From Octopus sinensis (lineage: Eukaryota), in the NCBI RefSeq assembly GCF_006345805.1, contig NW_021825956.1:1-13971 (forward strand): a stretch of DNA of 13,971 nucleotides, in the 5' to 3' direction. Shown one piece after another: positions 9,535 through 13,971 of the stretch; positions within the stretch are counted from its first letter, which is position 1; each line of letters begins with the position of its first letter. A model generated the notes under the pieces. That model searched no databases. It saw only the letters and a program-made list of their open reading frames with translations, and had not been told where the DNA came from. The translations under genes and the position numbers were made by a program.

Positions 9535-9755
9535 TACTATCGCTCGCCGGGTTAGAAATAGCAGTCAAACCTCCCTCGGATCACACCCTACGTTAAAACA
9601 CGGACACGTTGGATTGATTGGTCAAGGATTCGTGACATATAGAGAAAATGGAGAGTGTTAGTCATGGCTGGACTGCTTTTAATAATAAAGTTGCTCACTT
9701 GGAGCTGACTTTGGTGCTAAACAATAAAAGCAGGGTCTTCAACAACAACTACAAC
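9535..9755 (+). mobile_element. Short interspersed repeat (family E) ending in an (AAC)n-like tail
   Basis: ccctc...accctac...ttggat (9568-9612) is similar to 11513-11555, and ctga...ggtgctaaacaa (9705-9725) is similar to 12156-12175. Identity is low and judged by eye. Confidence 0.5.
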
Positions 9756-9756
9756 A

Positions 9757-9943
9757 TCGGTTTCAAATTTTGGCACAAGGCCAGCAGTTTCAGGAGCGGG
9801 GGTAAATCGATTATATTGACCCCCCCCCCCCAGTGTTCAACTGGTATTTATTTCAGCCGACCCGAAAGGATGAAAATCAATGTTGATCCCCAGCGGGATT
9901 TGAACTCAGAATGTTTAAGATGCGCGAAATGCCGCTAAGCATT
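9757..9943 (-). mobile_element. 5'-truncated tRNA-derived SINE (family D)
   Basis: Minus-strand B box GAGTTCAAATCCC (9895-9907), followed by tttcatcctttcgggtcgg...aaataaataccag. This resembles the conserved central domain of widespread animal SINEs (MetaSINE-like; from memory, unverified). The gaccccag...ctggta(t/c)ttatt module is shared with the family-A tail. Confidence 0.7.
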
Positions 9944-9944
9944 T

Positions 9945-10082
9945 TCGCGGTTTCGATTCCCAGATCGGGCATTGTGAGTGTTTATTGAGCAAAAACACCT
10001 AAAGCTCCACGAGACTCCGGAGGGGTGGTGGTGGTGAGCCCCGCTGTACTCTTTCACCACAACTTTCTCTCACTCTTTCTTC
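9945..10082 (+). mobile_element. SINE fragment (B box plus central region, A box missing)
   Basis: B box ggtttcgattccc (9949-9961), followed by a SINE-like core gtgagtgtttattgagcaaaaacacctaaagctccac. Assignment to family B is inferred. Confidence 0.6.
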
Positions 10083-10084
10083 AT

Positions 10085-10501
10085 ACTTCTGCCACAAAGC
10101 AGAGGAACCATGGTGTAACCCACTAATGTGTGGTAAAACTTTCAGACCCTAGTCTAGATTGCGAATCCTCTGTACCCCAGGATGGTTCAGCTCTCCACCC
10201 GTTAAAAGCCACCGTGTGGTGGGTGGATCTTCAAGTTGCCACACGCATTCTTAGTATCTTAGAGTAGTCTCGAATTAGAGATTATTCTTTGTGGCTAATG
10301 CCGTGAGCCCTGATTGGAAGAAGAAGAAGAAGAAGAAGACGAAGTAGAAAAGAAGAAGCGAAAAAAAGAAGAAGAAGAAAGAAGAAGAAGAAGAAGAAGA
10401 AGAAGAAGAAGAAGAGAAGAAGAAGAAAGAAGAAGAAGAGAAGAAGAAGAAGAAGAAGTAGAGGTAGAAGAAGTAGAAGAGAAGAAGACGAAGAAGAAGA
10501 A

Positions 10502-10532
<31 letters not shown>

Positions 10533-10543
10533 TAGAAGAAGAA

Positions 10544-10578
<35 letters not shown>

Positions 10579-10640
10579 AGAAGAAGAAGAAGAAGAAGAA
10601 AAGAAGAAGAAGAAGAAGAAGAAGAAGAAGAAGAAGAAGA
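10085..10640 (+). mobile_element. Probable non-LTR retroelement 3' end: stem-loop plus about 320-bp (GAA)n tail
   Basis: 11-bp stem-loop at 10261-10288, a small ggc-taat-gcc hairpin, then (GAA)n from 10317. The repeat itself is certain; the retroelement origin is inferred. Confidence 0.55.
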
Positions 10641-11450
10641 CAACAACAGCTTCAAGAGCGACAGCAATGTCGACAATAACAAGAACAAGAACAGCAACAA
10701 TATCTGCAACATGACCACCACCACCACTATCCCTACTTCAACATTCCACTACCACTACAACCACAACCATTTCACGTTCACCATCCTCATTTCAACATTG
10801 CACGACGACGACGACGATCACCATCACCACCACTACCACCGCCGCTGCCGCTGCCAACACCACCACCTTCTCACTCTCACCATCCCCAATTCAACATTCC
10901 ACCACCACCACCACCACTATTTCCCCAGCACTATCACTACAACATTACAACCACTACCACCACACCACCACCACCACCACCACCAGCACCACACCACCAC
11001 CACCAGCACCACACCACAATCAAAACCACCACCGCCACCACCACTACAACCACCACCACCATCACCACCACCGCTACCGCCATCACCGTCGTCACTAGCG
11101 CTACACCATTACCACCACCCTGTCCACCATTTTTAATTTAGCGTACAATGGTTACATTGAACATACTTCAGATTAATTAGACAATTACCACCGTCACTAA
11201 TAACGCCTACTGGCCCCCACCACAAAGAGCCTTCACCACTGACCTCCGCCGCCAGTGGACACCGCCGTCATTGCTCTTCCCTTACGCATCTCTGTTACTG
11301 TGGAATCACCACTCGCCACCACCACCACCACCACATTGCGCCTGTGACGCCACCAACACCTTCACCATCTATGGGCATGATCAGCACTAACCCCGCCGCC
11401 GCTGCCACTACCACTACCATCACCACCTCCAGCATTGCAACCAGTGACAG
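10640..11450. repeat. Degenerate (CAC)n/(AAC)n low-complexity tract
   Basis: Read directly from the sequence. Confidence 0.9.
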
Positions 11451-11477
11451 CAAACAGGAAAAGTGGGAGCTTCTACG

Positions 11478-11763
11478 TCATTGCATGACCTGCAAAGAGT
11501 AACAACGAAATGACCCTCAAATTGTACCCTGCCGTCTTGAAAAAAGATTGGATAACGTAGTCCAGGTTATTTTGTCTCAAAAAAATAAAGAAAAGAAAAA
11601 GAAAGTAGTGGCTGTGTGGTAAACAGCTTGCTTACCAGCCACATGGTTCCGGGTACAGTCCCACTGCGTGGCACCTTGGACAAGTGTCTTCTACTATAGC
11701 TTCGGGCCGACCAATGCCTTGTGAGTGGATTTGGTGGACGGAAAATGAAAGAAGCTCGTCGTA

Positions 11764-11849
<86 letters not shown>

Positions 11850-12190
11850 TGTGTGTGTGTGTGGTGTGTGTGTGTGTGTATGTTTGTGCATTTGTGTCTG
11901 TCCCCCCAACATCGCTTGACAACCGATGCTGGTGTGTTTTACGTCCCCGTAACTTAGCGATTCGGCAAAACAGACCGATAGTATAATAAGTACTAGGCTT
12001 ACAAAGAATAAGTCCTGGGGTCTATTTGCTCGACTAAAGGCGGTGCTCCAGCATGAGCACAGTCAAATGACTGAAACAAGTAAAAGAATAAAAGAGTAAA
12101 AGAACAGAGAAAGGCAAGTTGGTCACGTGTCTAATATATCAGGACTGAATTAGGGATAAACAACAGCAACAACAACAACAACCATAATAA
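11478..12190 (+). mobile_element. Family-E repeat interrupted by a family-A SINE
   Basis: The 5' part (11478-11600) and the tail with (AAC)n (12105-12190) each resemble consecutive parts of 9535-9755. A-rich sequence lies at both junctions. Confidence 0.45.
11605..12103 (+). mobile_element. Full-length family-A tRNA-derived SINE with internal (TA)n(TG)n linker
   Basis: A box tggctgtgtggt (11609-11620) and B-box-like gggtacagtcc (11651-11661). gtggcaccttggacaagtgtctt resembles the CORE-SINE motif. The microsatellite spans 11762-11885, and the tail ends in (TAAAAGA[A/G])n. Homologous pieces occur at 384, 4088-5061 and 5165. Confidence 0.92.
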
Positions 12191-12975
12191 CAAAAATAAT
12201 CTTTCTAAAAATTTTGATGCCCACAGAGACGAATCATAGAAGGGTTTTTACATGGGTTGGCAGATCATGCTTGCCATTAGGTCTCTATAAAATACAAAGC
12301 TTGATGTTTCATCTGGTGGAAGGCTGTAAGAATCTGGGACCATTTTAGGTGACTGAGGAGACAAGATTTAGGAAATGGGTCTAACAAATGACGATAATGG
12401 CAGCCCTTCGACAAGGGTTCTGTGCAAACAGCGCTTGCTTTGGGACTAAACACTTCATTTCACGTTGACCCGCAATCACTTCGACATCTGACGTGTTGTA
12501 CACCGTGTACCTGTTTAGGCAACGTCGAATTGCTGGAGACAGTGAACTAGTGTACGGCACTCACCATAAACAAATCATTTGCGCATGCTCAGCAAGAAAT
12601 TGCAGAACCATCTTTCTCGGACGACAAGAGACAACCATCATCATACTTGGGGAATGCTGTAAGCATGGAGCTTATAACAAATGAAACACAAGTCTTTATA
12701 TATTATTTATATTAAATTCAAAATCCCTGTCCCACAAAAATGAGATGTTAGATGTTAATGGGTTAAATGTAAATTTATTACAAAATTGTAAAGGAATTTC
12801 TCTTAGGAAAACTTACAAATAAATATTGGCTTTTCTCTATTAAATTTTAATAAGTTGTTAGTATGTCTGCCCCTATGTCTGTGTCTGTCTGTCTGTCTGT
12901 CTGTCTGTAAGTATGTATGTATGTATGCATGAAATAATAAATCTCTGAGCAAAGTATAAATAGTAGCTGCATGAC

Positions 12976-13367
12976 ATCGTGAAGTATATTTGCTATTTAA
13001 ATGTGGCTAACCCTTAAGGATGGATGCTACTGTAGCGTGTAGCTCCAGGAGGACATCTCCTCCTGCTGGTTATTGACACACTTTCTGTGCCCTATCAGTA
13101 TTTGCAAAGGGAAGCCATCCTTCCCATTCTAACCTGACGTGATACACATAGTCTCGAGTTTCTGATGACGGGTCAATACCCAGAAACTCGAGTCCGTGTG
13201 TATCACGTCAGGCTGGAGATGTGAAAGATAACTTCCCTTTGCAAATACTGATAGGGCACAGAAAGTGTGTCAATAGCCAGCTGAAGATGTCCTCCTGGGG
13301 CTACAAGCTACAGTAGCATCCACTCTTAAGGGTTAGCCACATTTAAGCGGCAAATATACTTCACGAT
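12976..13367. mobile_element. 392-bp foldback element with a hammerhead core forming the apex
   Basis: 12976-13164 is the reverse complement of 13181-13367 (about 85-90% identity by eye). The 16-nt loop is atgacgggtcaatacc. Confidence 0.95.
13162..13194 (+). ncRNA. Hammerhead core lacking the 5' strand of stem I; GUC site between 13194 and 13195
   Basis: CTGATGA-c-GGG-tcaata-CCC-a-GAAAC-TCGA-GT-C, with palindrome ACTCGAGT. The upstream gagttt cannot pair with the downstream cgtgtg. Confidence 0.8.
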
Positions 13368-13399
13368 ATGTATGCATGCTTGTATGCATGTATGAGTGT

Positions 13400-13777
13400 A
13401 CGTATGTTCTCTTTCTCTTTTTAAATTTAAAGTAAATTTTGACCGGCCTCCGATTTGCTAGCAAGGTCATGAGGGAAAGTATTTTGTTTTGACCATTACC
13501 CTTTAAAATCTTAAGAAGGTTTTGCAGATTTTTGTAGGTCCCAGATATCGTGATTATTTGTACGGTAGGAATTAAGGATTTGCATTCTCTCCCCAAAATA
13601 TTTTTTTTCCTTTTCCTTTTATTTTCTATCCCACCCCCTTTTTTTGTCCTCTTTCTTTCCTTTTACGATCCCTTTTGATCGAAAACCAAACTCCCATTTT
13701 TACCCCCAAAAGAAAATCTCTACCTTGTAATTTGGCCTGTCTGTGTGCAGCCCTGTGTGGCTAATAAAGAAACATAT
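13400..13777 (+). mobile_element. Possible retroelement 3' UTR remnant
   Basis: Pyrimidine-rich tract, AATAAA at 13763-13768, then immediately a (TATC)n tail. No ORF support. Confidence 0.35.
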
Positions 13778-13792
13778 CTATCTACCTATTTG

Positions 13793-13864
<72 letters not shown>

Positions 13865-13971
13865 CTACCTACCTACCTACCTACCTACCTACCTACCTAC
13901 CTACCTACCTACCTACTTACCTACCTACGTATGTATGTATGTATGTATGTATGTATGTATGTATGTATGTT
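13775..13971. repeat. Compound (TATC)n-(TACC)n-(TATG)n microsatellite
   Basis: Read directly from the sequence. Confidence 0.98.

Noticed and set aside
396-11665. A-box and B-box motifs as tRNA genes
   Set aside because: No cloverleaf or anticodon arm is present. Each is followed by SINE core or tail sequence, so these are SINE heads.
76-11986. Long ORFs in the supplied track (for example 76-459, 6972-7388, 7804-8355, 8462-9265, 10275-10727, 10711-11136)
   Set aside because: They are translations of CA, TA, CAT, CAC and GAA repeats that lack stop codons by composition. No domain or credible gene structure is present.
12976-13367. Classical MITE / DNA transposon call for the foldback
   Set aside because: No target-site duplication or known TIR end motif is visible, and the apex coincides with a hammerhead core, which favours a retroelement origin. 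It is not fully excluded.

Overview
This is non-coding, repeat-dense eukaryotic DNA. The mix of tRNA-headed SINEs and extreme microsatellite density resembles cephalopod (Octopus-like) genomes, which is an inference. No protein-coding gene is supportable: almost every listed ORF is a microsatellite translation artefact. The main signal is a set of six minimal type-I hammerhead ribozyme (HHR) motifs from about five unrelated sequence families, at 2248+, 2597-, 3388-, 6554-, 6767+ and 13162+. Five of them carry a palindromic stem III, the form known from Penelope-like elements (PLEs) and animal retrozymes. They sit in unusual architectures: a 574-bp unit with 89-bp terminal direct repeats, a 297-bp foldback with two opposed HHRs, and a 392-bp foldback with an HHR core as its apex. 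The window also holds a three-level SINE nest (4088-5061), further SINE fragments and chimeras, a diverged ~336-bp tandem repeat and long simple-sequence tracts. All alignments and folds were done by eye, and no ribozyme activity is demonstrated.
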